Source: Eledone cirrhosa
Taxonomy: Eukaryota
DNA: 64,000 nt
Reading direction: 5' to 3'
Assembly: GCA_964016885.1 (NCBI GenBank)
Contig: OZ024748.1
Coordinates: 39,060,001-39,124,000, forward strand
The notes beneath the pieces were generated by a model that was not told where the DNA came from, ran no database searches, and saw only the letters and a list, made by a program, of their open reading frames with translations. The stretch's first letter is position 1. Each line of letters begins with the position of its first letter. Shown one piece after another: positions 1-14,733 of the stretch. Made by a program: the position numbers and the translations under genes.

Positions 1-487
1 AAGATGTGTCGTGATTAAAATGATTGGAATTTTACCTTGCCTTCAGATTTTCATTTTGATATATATACACATATATATATATATATATATATATACGCGT
101 GTGTTCATTAAGTTTCTTGAGAGCAGGTGGTGTGCTCTAACCAAGGGCTCCTAGTTGCATTAACCCAACATTCTACTTAAGATGATATGTGTGTGGAGGG
201 TTAACTCTAGTAGTAACAATAGGCAACTATTTCATGGTTGACTTCTACGAGATGTAGAGAAACGATTGGTGAGGTCAACAGAAGGTCAACAAATAACATA
301 CGGTGGCTGATCTCTATAGTATCATGTAGAGAAGCAAGGTGTGTGAAGGGTCAATAGTAGATAAAGGTCAACAAATAACATACGACGGTTGACCTCTACA
401 GTATCAGGTTTAAATAATTTATTTGTTCTGACATACAATCACCTTACCTTCCTTCTTTTATTATGATCGTCTCACATAGCATAGGGG

Positions 488-647
<160 letters not shown>

Positions 648-689
648 CATATATATATATAAATATATATATATGTATACCTAAATACA

Positions 690-1386
690 TATATGTATAC
701 ACAGACGTACAGTAGTATGTATATATATACATACATGCACATATATATATATATGCACGTATCGGTTTACCGAACATTTATTATAATGCTTGGTTTGTTT
801 GTTTGTCATGTATATATATATATACATACTACTGTACGTCTGTATACATATATGTATGTACGTATACATACATACATACTTACATTTAAGTAATGCCGTA
901 CTAAGAGTGAGAAATGAAATTTCGTTTCATTCTATTCCATTTATGGTTTTCGGTGTGCCCGGCCGACTGAACTCACTCGATATGCAAATTAGGCTGCTCA
1001 GCCGTTAATATGCATAAGGAAAGTATATACTTTCAGACGTTCAACCATCTGGCAGGAAGGTATACGATGCTGACGATAGCTAATAAGCTTGAAACTAGTA
1101 CATCGTTCCTGTGTCAGTGGTGAACAAAAAGGTGACGTGATTGCCTAAACACTGTACGGCGTAATTCGGGCTGTTTGTTTGTTTACAAACAAACAAACCG
1201 AGCATTATAATAAATGTTCGGTAAACCGATACGTGCATATATATATATGTGTGCATGTATGTATATATATATATACATACTACTGTACGTCCGTATACAT
1301 ATATGTATGTACGTATACATACATGCATACTTACATTTAAGTAAGTGCCGTACTAAGAGTGAAACTGAAATTTCGTTTCATTCTAT

Positions 1387-1390
<4 letters not shown>
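690..1390 (+). mobile_element. Non-coding retrozyme-like element, family A (~450 bp unit, partial tandem plus inverted 5' fragment)
   Basis: catactactgtacgtc...ttcgtttcattctattcca occurs at ~825-938 and again at ~1275-1390; ~690-806 is an inverted copy of ~1186-1300; contains a hammerhead; related copies at 10483-11122 and 43553-44437. Confidence 0.75.
1043..1122 (+). ncRNA. Type I hammerhead ribozyme (family A)
   Basis: Stem I acgatg/catcgt, extended by ggcaggaa/ttcct..gtc; CUGACGA 1070-1076; stem II agct-aata-agct; GAAA 1091-1094; palindromic stem III A-CUAG-U; predicted GUA cleavage after 1100. Confidence 0.9.
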
Positions 1391-1451
<61 letters not shown>

Positions 1452-1566
1452 TAGGAACGAGTAGGACCCCGACGGCTGAGCTCAAGCTGTTTCGACGGCT
1501 AATTCTGGACCAGAATTTGCCGTCAAAACGGCTTGAGCTCAGCCGTCGGGGTCCTACTCGTTCCTA
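1452..1566. repeat. Near-perfect palindrome (~55 bp arms) at the end of an interspersed repeat
   Basis: taggaacgagtaggaccccgacggctgagctcaag ... cttgagctcagccgtcggggtcctactcgttccta; a non-palindromic relative lies at ~55910-56045 in the opposite orientation. Confidence 0.85.
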
Positions 1567-1730
1567 TTACCCACTCTACTACCCTAAGTATTGAGTACTT
1601 TGGTGCGTTATGGTCCATCTGGTTCCTTACCACATTTCCTTCGTTATATATATATATATATATATATACATACATACATACATACATACATACATACATA
1701 CATACATACATACATACATACATACATACA

Positions 1731-1761
<31 letters not shown>

Positions 1762-2289
1762 GTGTGTGTCGGTATTTGTGTATCTGTCTGTGTTTGTGTG
1801 TAAATCCCATAAACATGCAGTGCATTCAACTTAAATACATCAGCCTTTTCTTTCTTTCTTTTTCTTTCTTTCCTTTCTTTCTTCCCTCCTTTATTTCCTC
1901 ATTACAATCTTTAATGACCATAAAATATGTTGTCAACTGCCATTACTTAACTTACACTCCAAATGATTCACCCTTTTCATCATTCTACATTATCTACATC
2001 GTCATTGTTGTCGTCTATTGTTACGAGGTTACGAGCAAAGAGGTTAGTCTCCTCCAGAAATGGGCGCAGAGCTAGATATCTCTGGAAAGGTCGAGCAGAA
2101 CTGACGAACGTATAGATCGCCTTTTACGTATTACATTCTCCACCCCACGGCAGTTTATTATACGTGGAGGCGCTTGGCCTCATGGTAAGAGAGAGGGACT
2201 TACGATTGTAATGTCATTGGTCTCATTCCTCGACTGGGGTTGTGTTCTTGAGCAAAACAACTTCATTTCATGTTGCTTCGTATGAATAA

Positions 2290-2372
<83 letters not shown>

Positions 2373-2653
2373 TATGATTTCTCCCGAATGAAACAGTTCT
2401 GATCCTGTAGAAGCCATTTATATATATGTATATATATATAAACGTTTGAATATGTATAATAAAGCCAAAACAATGCAGGTATGGACATAGAAAAAAGAAT
2501 GCAATTGCAAAAGATATTGTTGACGATTCGTCTTTTACCTTAGATTTATTTAAATGTCCTTAATTTTCGAGATAATATCTCTTCTTCAGAGAGAAATAAA
2601 GGTCTCAAACTAGCGTTCTAAATATCTTGCCAAGCCATGCTGTCAGCATGGCT

Positions 2654-2705
<52 letters not shown>

Positions 2706-2878
2706 TGAATCAGTCTAATCGATTCGGATTGGTTTGTGGCAGTTATTCATAGAGCAACATCGATAAAGGTTGGTACGACTAACTCAGGGACATATGTGGA
2801 TATATTCATGTGTATGTATGTGTCCGCATGTATCTGTGTGTTTCTCTCTCTCTCTATATATATATATATATTTATACA

Positions 2879-3022
<144 letters not shown>

Positions 3023-3111
3023 TTTATATTTATATATATATATACATATATTTATATTTATATATATATGTATATATATATATATATGTATATACAACCA
3101 TATATTTATAT

Positions 3112-3142
<31 letters not shown>

Positions 3143-3226
3143 ATGCAGACATATATATATATATACATGCATATACATATAAACATACATATTATATATA
3201 TAGAGATAGATAGATAGATAGATATG

Positions 3227-3290
<64 letters not shown>

Positions 3291-3300
3291 GAGTGAGAGT

Positions 3301-3344
<44 letters not shown>

Positions 3345-3388
3345 TATGTATGTATATGTATATATATATAGAGAGATATATAGATATC

Positions 3389-3930
<542 letters not shown>

Positions 3931-4179
3931 ATAGATATGTTTCTTTATTAGCCACAGGGGCACAAAAGAAGGGGATAAATACAAAGGGGGAAGTTTACAT
4001 ACAATAAAAACGTGTAAAATATTATCACAAATGCAATTTAAAAATTAGTCGATTTTCCCCAATAGGGGGAGACATTACATATGGGTAACACATACCCCCG
4101 AAAAATAAAATGTGCAACCCTCATCTCCAGGAGTACGAAGAGTTTGTACTCCTTTCCTCTCCTCCTCTTTTTCCTCAAC

Positions 4180-4992
4180 CTACAGGCTGATATAGAGAGA
4201 AGGCCCATTCACTCGGGCCATTCTCGCCACTTTCACCCACCTTTCATAAAACTTGCTGGGGTACAGCACCTCTCTCTCCATCCTGATTCTTCTTCCAAAG
4301 TGGTATTTGAAAAAAAGAATCAGTTGTTGGCCGGAGAGAAAGGTGTCTGACCTCAGCCCTTTCAACCTTGTCCACCATACAACCTCTTTCGCCATAGCTA
4401 TCACACAAAGGAAAACCGCCTCTCCTTCGTTTTTGAAGGAGGGTGGCGGTTTGATCATGACAATGGACTCGGTGGTCAACCGGATTGGTCCCACCCGCGA
4501 CAATAGTCGTTCTACATAGCCCCACAGGTCGGTGACGCCCGGGCATTGTATGAATGAGTGCGCGGCGGTTTCTTCGTCTCGCACGCACCTCGGACAGATC
4601 TTTTTTGCAGGGTCCCTGCCCGGGCGCCCATGTCTGTAGAGCTTGTCTCGAACTGGTAGAGCTCCTCGGTAGCACTGCCAGGCCAGGGACTTTTGGAAGT
4701 TGTCCATCGGTCCCGGGCGGAAGGTCCTACCGAACAGACTGGCCAGTTCATCTTCCTCTACGCCTAGAGTTTCACCGAGCGCGTCGTCGCATTTGATGCG
4801 GATCAACCCTCTATAGAATGACGAAGTGGAGTGTCCACTGATCGCCGGGTCCGCCTGCCAGAGGGCTGTGAGGGCCTGAGCACATTCGATGTGCGAGTCG
4901 CCTATTTTCCTCGGTCTTTGCTTGACCCAGGACTCCAGCTCCGTCAGCGAGACAAGTCCTGGGAATGCTCGCCTCACGAACGAGGCCCACAC
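4180..4992 (-). pseudogene. LINE ORF2 C-terminal region with zinc knuckle
   Basis: ALPVRDKL...CPRC...ETAAHSFIQC, typical of L1/Tx1. Confidence 0.88.
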
Positions 4993-6637
4993 CGGTTGTC
5001 CGGTGAGGGTAGAGATACCGCAGCCTGAGCGCGTGTTTGCGCATCGTCAGCCACTGCTTCCCCAGCCCTCCGTTGGAAGGTTGTTGGCAGCAGATGCATC
5101 TTCTCACCAAAGGAGCCCGCCGCTTCCAAAGGAATTGGAAGAGCGCGCGCTCCATTTTGGCGAGCGTTTTGGCTGGACAAGGCACGACGGTCAAGCGGTA
5201 GTAGATGGCGGACGCTATAAAAGTGCTCGCCGCCTCCGGTCGACCTTTCAAGGATAGTTTGCACTCGGCCCACTTCTGGGTGAGTGCAAACACCTTGGCC
5301 GACACCTCGTTCCAGTTTTTCTCCACCTGGAGATCCGGACCAAACCAGAACCCCAGCAGCTTTACCGGTCCTTCCGCCCAGCGTCCGACGACGCCATCGG
5401 AAGGCATCGGTTTGCCTCTCCACGATCTGAGTTGTAAACCGATGGACTTGTCCCGGTTCAGCTTCGCTCCTGTGAACCTTTCGTATTCCTTCAGTAAGGT
5501 GCCGACTTCCTCGATTTGCGAGGCGCTCGACAACATTACTGTCACGTCGTCGGCGTAGGCCATCGCCGCTTTCCGCAGTCCCGGTTCCAGAGGGATGCTC
5601 TGCAATAGCTCCAACTTCCGCAGTAGTGGCTCGAGAGTCAGTACGTACAGAAGGGAGGAGAAAGGGCATCCCTGTTGAATGGATCGCGTGATATGGAACG
5701 GCTCCGAGAGGTAGCCGTTGACCTTGACTCTTGAGCAGATGTTGCTGTTGTGCATTGCAGCAATCCAGCCCCTGAACACGGGTCCGAAGCCTGCCGCCTC
5801 GAGCACCGCATCCAGGTAACGACGGGAAACTCTATCGAAAGCCTTAGGCTGATCCAAGTTGATCAGGGCCCCACCGAAGCCGGGTTTACACCCTACCCTC
5901 TCTATGATGTATCGCATGAGGTGGAGGTTGTCGTGTATGGACCTGGTCGGGATTGCGCATGTCTGCGCTTCCCCCACCAGGTTCTCGACGACAAGCGCCA
6001 GCCTCTTTGCCAACACCTTGGCCAAAATCTGTAACTCTGTGTTTAGCAGAGTTATGGGCCGGAAGTTGCCTATGTCATCTCCCTTATTCTCGTCCTTCCT
6101 GACTAGTGTGACTACGCCCCCGGTCACAGAACTGGGAATTCTCCCGTTCTGTTGCCAGTTGCAATAGACCGCTTCCAGGAGACCTGAGAATAAGTCCGGC
6201 ATTGCTACGTAAAATTCGTAGGGTAGACCGTCGAGACCTGGAGATTTGCGTTTGCCGCATTGGCTCAGCGCGTCCCCTATCTCAGCGGCTGAAATCGGCT
6301 TTTCGCAGAACTTTGCCTCGCTGTCCGAGAGTCGCGGTAGGCCGTCGAGGTATGGACCGAAATCCATAACCCCTCCCGGCGCGCCGCCCCTCCCGAACAG
6401 TTGAGCAAAATGCCGCTGAAAGGCCGCACACATCTGCTTCGGTTCATGTATCACGCGTCCGTTTTGGTCCTTCAAAAACCGAATCGTGGACTTGTTGCCA
6501 CTTTTTGCTTCTGTCACTCGGGCCCAGCTAACAGCTTTGGCTCCCTCGTTTCCCAGAGCACGTATTTTGCTTCTGTAAACGCAGCCCTCGTGCTTTGCGT
6601 CGAAGAACTGGTCCAAGGCCTTTCTCGTTGCTAGCAC
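4811..6637 (-). pseudogene. LINE ORF2 reverse transcriptase domain
   Basis: KSPGLDGLP, NFRPITLLN, LDQPKAFDRV, IQQGCPFS, AYADDVTV; frameshift near 4990. Confidence 0.95.
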
Positions 6638-6713
6638 GCTGACTACATTGCCACTTCTAATTGCCTCTTCTATCTACCAGTTCTTTCTTGGTTCTATTTC
6701 TATCTAACGCTAA

Positions 6714-7607
6714 TTATTTACTAAAAACTAACGAGTCTAATCTAACTGCCCTCTTGAGAGAGTACCGCCATCTGTTGTTGACAATGGCCCCTGTCAAGTG
6801 CTGTTTAACTAAAGTGCTAAGCCGTCTACTGTAGGCTTTGCATGTTGGTAACGACAAGTTCAGCTTCCAGCAGCCGGGTCCTTGTCTATGGGTTCTATCA
6901 AGGTTGACCATGCGGGTCACTAGTTTGTGATCTGAATAGGCAACCATGAACATTTGTGGACAGCATAACATGTCCCTATCCTTATTTCTAACTAGAACCC
7001 TATCTAGGTACGATCTAGATGTTCCGCTACGATTAGTCCACGTCCACAGTGGCACAGTCGTAAAATCTAGTCGATATCTGTCGGCCAGGTCAAATCGGTC
7101 GATTAACTGTTTGAGGCTGTTACACCATCCTTTAACGGTACATGCTCCCACATAGTCCCAACGTGCATCTAGGAATCCATTCCAGTCCCCCACTAAAAGC
7201 AAGGAGCGGGACGTTCCCAGAAAAGTCTCTAGACGTTTGAAGAAGTCTGGCCGCGGTGTCTCGGATGGGGCATATGCGGCCACCCACCTGAAGGCTCCAC
7301 CTTCACTACCGTCAACGTCTAGGACCACCAGTCGACCCTCCGGGTCCAGATGTACCGTTTGTGTTACGAGGCCCAGGTGTTTCCGCAGTAAAACGGCAAC
7401 CCCGCCCCCACCCCCCGGCCGACAGAGAGATTCGTAGTTCTCAAAGTCATCGAAGATGGGGGCCAGCTGTCGCTCGCTGTGGATCCTGGACTCGCAAATG
7501 GCTACTACATCCATACTGTGCGACCTGAGGTCGTTTAAGAGTTTGCCCTGTTTCCAGGGCATCCCCAGGCCGCGTACATTCACACATCCAACTCTTATAT
7601 TGGCCAT
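6714..7607 (-). pseudogene. LINE ORF2 apurinic-like endonuclease domain
   Basis: Motifs NVRGL, AICES, GDWN, SYLDRVLV, YSDHKLV. Confidence 0.92.
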
Positions 7608-7809
7608 GTTGGTGCTGAAAAGTTAAAAGAGGAAAAGAGATCATTCAGCCTTCGTCTCCTGGGGACCAGGCTGCACGATTTCCATGGGGGTGTTAGAGGG
7701 GTTGTCTGGGTGGGTGGTGGTTTCCGCCGGGGTGGGGACGGAGATGTTTGGTGGGGTGGGGGTGTCTGGGGTGAGGGTGGGGAAATTGTTTAAAGGACGC
7801 GGTTAATGG

Positions 7810-7901
<92 letters not shown>

Positions 7902-8122
7902 AAATGCCTTAAATCAACAGCATGCTGTTTACAACACGACACGTCAAATAGAGATTAAAGACACAAAGCAACACAACTTTGACCTTCTAGTCACGCATCA
8001 TCACGTGACTAGTCAACGTATTTTAAGTTTTGTTTTTCAATTATTTCTATTGGTTTTAATCTTTTTATATTTTACTCAGTGTTTTTTCTGTAATTAAAGA
8101 GTTTAAGGTGAACAACGGCCAT

Positions 8123-8268
8123 CATAATCGTACACTCATAGTTAAGCATAATCGTACACTCATAGTTAAGCATAATCGTACACTCATAGTTAAGCATAAT
8201 CGTACACTCATAGTTAAGCATAATCGTACACTCATAGTTAAGCATAATCGTACACTCATAGTTAAGCA
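8123..8268. repeat. 24-bp minisatellite, 6 perfect copies
   Basis: (cataatcgtacactcatagttaag)x6. Confidence 0.97.
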
Positions 8269-8399
8269 AAACACCAATGAAGCATAGACAAACTAAAACT
8301 GAATACTAACCAATACTTATTACTAATTTTTACTTATTCCGATTTTAAACTATTTTTCACTGGGAACAATTTGTCAGCATTTTCTTTTCCTTTTACTAA

Positions 8400-8921
8400 T
8401 ATATATAGGCATAGGTTAAGAATAACGTTCGCGAAAATGAAAGTCAATTTTCTGACAAGTGAATGTGTTTTTTGTTTTTTTTTACAATGAAAGTTACGAT
8501 ACACTGTTTGTTTATTTACAACAGGTCTCTATAGTGATATGGTGTTAATTAGTATTGCGTGTGTGATTATTTTTTCTTATATATATATGTGTGGGTGTGT
8601 ATATGTGTGTATATATATGTGTGTCTGTATGTATATATATATGTGTGTTTGTATATATATATGTGTTTGTGTCATCATCATCGTTTAGATGTTTTTACCC
8701 AAATCCCTTATCATTCTCTGTCCTTCTTATGACCCGGCCTTAATTTCTTTATAGTTGGTGCCAACTTTGGCAAGATATTACAAAAACATCTAAACTATAG
8801 AGACCTGTTGTAAATAAACAAACAGTGTATCGTAACATTCATTGTAAAAAAAACAAAAACACATTCACTTGTCAGAAAATTGACTTTCATTTTCGCGAAC
8901 GTTATTCTTAACCTATGCCAT
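8400..8921. repeat. Inverted repeat, ~130 bp arms (8400-8532 / 8795-8921)
   Basis: ggcataggttaagaataacgttcgcgaaaatg...aacaggtctctatag recurs as its reverse complement. Confidence 0.9.
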
Positions 8922-9249
8922 ATATATATATATATATGATTATTAAAACCAGTTACTACAATAATTCCATATTAGATACGTACGTTTCGTTAGCCCTGGA
9001 GACGAACTTATTTACTCAAAAAGGAAATAAAGAACAGGTAAAGAGAGAATAGCCCTCAAAACAAGGGCAGATAATTTAAATGATATAAGGGAGACTATTT
9101 GACCGAAAAGAAGGTTAACAAACGCTAAATTAGCTAATACATATGAGGGGACTAGAAAAAATTCGATAAATTAATGTAGAACAATTTGGGGAGGCAAAAA
9201 CGCATACATTAAGGAGGCCAGTTCTTTAATAGTTACTTTGTAGGTGAGA

Positions 9250-9972
9250 ACATCATGAGACAACCTCTGTATCTGTGTTGAGTGGTTTGTTGTTGTGGTG
9301 GTGATTATTCAATATCAACCATTTCTTGTCATTGCATAATTTGCAAACTTTGAGCCTATTCATATATGGTCAAGAAGTTTCTAGTATCTTCCATTTGATG
9401 GAGAAGTCTAAATTCTTGTTTTTGAGTGCCTTAATTTATTCGCTAAATTTCTGTTGCTTCTTTTATTTGGGTATCTTAATGTCATTTCATGATTGTGGAA
9501 ACGATTTAAACCGGATCTCAGACATACCAGAATATTTCCAGGATTCCGTTCAAAGGTGTTGACTCAATGGAGAGACCTCAACTTCGTATATTTTCACTGG
9601 AATGTTGGACTGTTGATCCAGCAGGGCTTTTACAAGAATGACTATATACTTTGGGGCTCTGTTGTTTGTGAAGGAAGAGTAACTTCAAATTCCTGGCACA
9701 GGAGCATCCAATTTTGACCGTATGACGGTTAAAAGTCTGGTGATATTTGCTTTATTTCTAGTTTTTTCTTATTGGTATTTGGGGGAGTGTCTTGGAGTGT
9801 AGGAAATATTCTCAGAGAAGCCGGTATTGCGTAAGGCTGAATTACAGTAGGGTCTGCCTCCCCTATCAAAAATGGTGTGGTTTGAAGAGAAACTAGAGAT
9901 CCACTTGCTAATATTCTTACCTAAATGTTTTAAGACTATGAGGCGGGCAGAAAATCTTCGATACATACGCAA
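9250..9972 (-). mobile_element. Decayed Penelope-like element (post-RT region and GIY-YIG C-terminus)
   Basis: KNISKWISSFSSNHTIFD..YCNSALRNTGFSENISY matches the PLE at 36200-36340; manual translation gives SIKWKILETS*PY..VCKLCN near 9330-9400. Confidence 0.75.
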
Positions 9973-10272
9973 GGTTTATATGCCGCGAAGCATTTTGTCC
10001 GATACTCTAACTATTCTTCTATAAGCTATAAAATTATTCGGAGATTAAAACCGCTACATAAACGTTACATTATGTTCCCTATTCTACCAACACTTACTAA
10101 CTATTTGGCTAAATAACAACGGCAAACGATATAGATTACTAACTGTTAAATAACGAGGGAGGAAGGGGGTACGTAGAAATATATCAAGGGAAATAACTTT
10201 CATCGTCAAGGGAAACTACTCTTAGACTCTGCACTATTGCTTTATTATATATATATATATTTGTGTGTGCGT

Positions 10273-10355
<83 letters not shown>

Positions 10356-10482
10356 TGTGTGTGTTTGTGTGTGTCTGTGTGTGTTTGTGTGTGCGTGTTT
10401 GTGTGTGTTTGTGTGTGCGTGTGTGTCTGTGTCTGTATCTACACACATATGTATATACATATATATATTTATATATATATAT

Positions 10483-11122
10483 ATAAGTATATACACGTAC
10501 ATACATATAATGTATACAGACGTACAGTAGTATGTATATATATATATATATACATACATGCACACACATATATATATGTACGTATGGATTCACCGAACAT
10601 TTATTATAATGCTCGGTGTGTTTGTAAACAAACATCCCGTATTAAGACGTAGTGTCTAGCAACCACGGTTGCTCTTTTGTTCAAAACTGACAAAGGAACG
10701 CTGTACTAGTTTCAAGCTTATTAGCTATCGTCAGCAACGTATACCTTCCTGCCAGATTGTTGAACGTATATACTTACCTTATGCATATTAACGGCTGAGT
10801 AGCCCAATTTGCATATCGAGTGGGTTAATCGGCCGGGTGCACCGAAAACGATAAACGGAAAAAAATGAAACGAAATTTCATTTCCCACTCTTAGTACGGC
10901 TGTTACTTAAATATAAGTATATACACGTACATACATATATATGTATACAGACGTACAGTAGTATGTATATATATATATATATACATACATGCACACATAT
11001 ATATATGTACGTATGGATTCACCGAACATTTATTATAATGCTCGGTGTGTTTGTAAACAAACATCCCGTATTAAGACGTAGTGTCTAGCAACCATCGTTG
11101 CTCTTTTGTTCAACACTGACAT
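10483..11122 (-). mobile_element. Retrozyme-like element, family A, ~1.5 units of a 430 bp repeat
   Basis: 10483-10692 is directly repeated at 10913-11122; hammerhead in between. Confidence 0.8.
10679..10765 (-). ncRNA. Type I hammerhead ribozyme (family A)
   Basis: Reverse complement: acgttg CUGACGA uagcuaauaagcuu GAAA cuag UA cagcgu. Confidence 0.9.
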
Positions 11123-11205
11123 ATATATATATAAACACTGACATATATATATATAAATCAGGAAAGAAGAGTGACGCGGTTTGCTATACAAAAAAGGTTT
11201 TTAAT

Positions 11206-11324
11206 CTCATTGCTGACAATTGTTTCTCTGAACTGGTAGGTCTAGAGATCGCTATCCGCTTATTTTCGCATTACTCGATCGCCAATACAAAATTATAACC
11301 AGTCAGTTCATCGGAGCTTGCGAG
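11206..11324 (-). ncRNA. Hammerhead-like fold with long stem II and CCGAUGA (U4C) core
   Basis: Reverse complement: gcu CCGAUGA acugacuggu...accaguucaga GAAA caauug UC agc. Confidence 0.6.
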
Positions 11325-11397
11325 AATGGGTTCACTACCCGGAGTACCATAACTGGACTACACCTAAGTGGACTGCATATAACTATTATTTGTTACC

Positions 11398-11507
<110 letters not shown>

Positions 11508-11625
11508 ATATATATATCAAAAATTAATTTAACTAAATTAAATTAAAAGAGTCATGTCTGAGGCATGCGTCATATCCACTGTAGAATAAGCTCAAAGATT
11601 CCAATGAATAGATCCGAGCATTTTA

Positions 11626-11929
11626 TATCAACTAGAAACTGATTGACATATATATATATTTAAAATAAACACATGAAACAATCACAGGGGATAATTTGTA
11701 AAGTGTGTAATCACTCACAGCTAGGTAGGTAACTAATTAAAGTTTAACTAGAACTTCAAATATTACCTTTTAATCATTTTTTAAAAGGTAATATTTGAAG
11801 TTCTAGTTAAACTTTAATTAGTTACCTACCTAGCTGTGAGTGATTACACACTTTACAAATTATCCCCTGTGATTGTTTCATGTGTTTACTTTAAATATAT
11901 AAATATGTCAATCAGTTTCTAGTTGATAT
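11626..11929. repeat. Near-perfect palindrome, ~145 bp arms
   Basis: atatcaactagaaactgattgaca...aatattaccttttaa | ttaaaaggtaatatt...tgtcaatcagtttctagttgatat; one arm also occurs singly at ~28043-28107. Confidence 0.92.
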
Positions 11930-12088
11930 CTGTATATATATTTATATATATACACTATTTATATATATATAACTATTTTTCCCATTTTGACGCTATAGTC
12001 ACTTATATATTATGGAATACTGTTGGCTTTTTGCTACAATATTTTCTATACCTTTCATTTATATATATTTATATATATATATATATAT

Positions 12089-12127
<39 letters not shown>

Positions 12128-12129
<2 letters not shown>

Positions 12130-13227
12130 GATTCCACTACAGCAATGAAGAGGCGGATTTTCAGGTCTCTATGAAGGTCCGACTTCCACACCGATCTCAA
12201 GCTGTGACACGCCGCCCAGGCCTTGCTCTTCCTCTCAACCACATCATCTTCCGTATTCCCAATCTTTGCTCCCAAATACAGGAAGTCCTCAACCAATTCC
12301 AGCGGCTTCCCGCCTACATTAGTGATCCCCTCTGGATTCTCAACATTCTCTACCAGATATTTTGTTTTAGTCTCATTCATTCTCAGCCCCACACTCATCG
12401 ACACAGTCTCAACCTCCCGCATCAAATCCTCTGCCTCCTTCACTGTATTTGTCACCAAAACTATGTCGTCGGCAAATTCAGCATCCGATACCTTTTTCGC
12501 CCCAACTCTCCTGCTCTGAGCCGGTGCTACAGTAAAGCCAGAGTCCTGGTGTTTCTCCAGTGCAAGGCGCATACAATAGTCCACTACGATGATAAAAAGG
12601 TAGGGAGCCAATGTATCTCCCTGGAGCACTCCAGCCAGTATCTCAAAGAACTCTGTCATCCCATCAGGTGTAATGACTTGGGCTTTGGTGTTGGTGTAGA
12701 GCAGTGATATCAGGTCCACTATCCTCTTGGGGATTCCATAAGCCTGTAAGATCTTCATCAGGCAGTAACGGTCCACAGAATCAAAGGCCTTCCTAAAGTC
12801 AATGAAAACCATGCTGCTGTATGGGTCTGAGACTTGGACACTGACCAAGAGACTCACTCAGATGGTGGATGGGTGCTACACGAGAATGCTGAGGATGGCT
12901 CTGAACATTAATCAGTATACACTGAGGATGAAAAACCCAGAGCTGTATGGGAGCATCCCAAAAGTCAGCTCAAAAGTGACACAGAGGAGACTGAGGTTGG
13001 CTGGACATGCTCACCGACATCCAGAGTTGACATTGCACTCAGTGCTCCTTTGGGAGCCCCTACATGGACACACTAGAAGAGGAAGACCAAGGTTAACATA
13101 TGTTGATGCCCTAAGGACAGACACTGGTCTGTTGGAGATGCAGGATATGGCAGCGATAATGAGGGACAGAGACCGCTGGAGAGAACTCGTCCATGGATCT
13201 CGGGAATTTTACCCGCCTTAGATGTAG
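12128..13227 (+). mobile_element. RTE-clade LINE fragment with 5' inversion and TSD
   Basis: Minus-strand RT (FIDFRKAFDSV, GVLQGDTLAP, FADDIVL) at 12128-12810; plus-strand C-terminus (LLYGSETW..RRGRPR..DRDRWR) at 12811-13221; atatatgcagat at 12121-12132 and 13228-13239. Confidence 0.9.
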
Positions 13228-13349
13228 ATATATGCAGATGTATCTAAGGGAAGTAACTCTCTTCAACATTCCCCTGTTCTAAAACCACGTTTTTGAGATT
13301 AATAAACTTTACTTTTTAACATTATTTCTCTTCATATGTAAAAATAAAT

Positions 13350-13535
13350 AATTGTTTCTACTTTTGGCACAAGGCCAGCAATTAGCCAGTGTATTACTGG
13401 TACTTTATTTTATCGACCCCGTAATGATGAAAGGCGAAGTTAACCTCGGCGGGATTTGAACTCAGATCGTAAAGGGACGTAACTATGCTGGAAAGCATGG
13501 CTTCCGACCCTCTACCGATGCGGACAATCCACTCT
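13350..13535 (-). mobile_element. tRNA-derived SINE
   Basis: B-box-like gagttcaaatccc and conserved cctttcat...ggggtcgataaaataaagtaccagt; at least 8 copies in the window. Confidence 0.85.
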
Positions 13536-13548
13536 ACATATAAATAAG

Positions 13549-14688
<1,140 letters not shown>

Positions 14689-14733
14689 TAAACAAATAAT
14701 GAACAAACAATTCCTTATATTAAACAAAAAAAG

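Noticed and set aside
2095-2150. CUGACGA followed by a hairpin
   Set aside because: No GAAA or stem III follows.
2550-2600. Minus-strand CUGAAGA-agagau..aucuc-GAAA
   Set aside because: Stems I and III too weak; at best a decayed hammerhead.
4244-7644. Alternative-frame and antisense ORFs over the LINE (similar ones over the Gypsy and PLE segments)
   Set aside because: Shadow ORFs of GC-rich transposon coding sequence.
8123-8268. CRISPR-like regular repeat
   Set aside because: No spacers and eukaryotic context; a plain minisatellite.
8965-9000. Minus-strand GAAA-CGUACG-UA half-hammerhead downstream of the decayed PLE
   Set aside because: No matching core found upstream.
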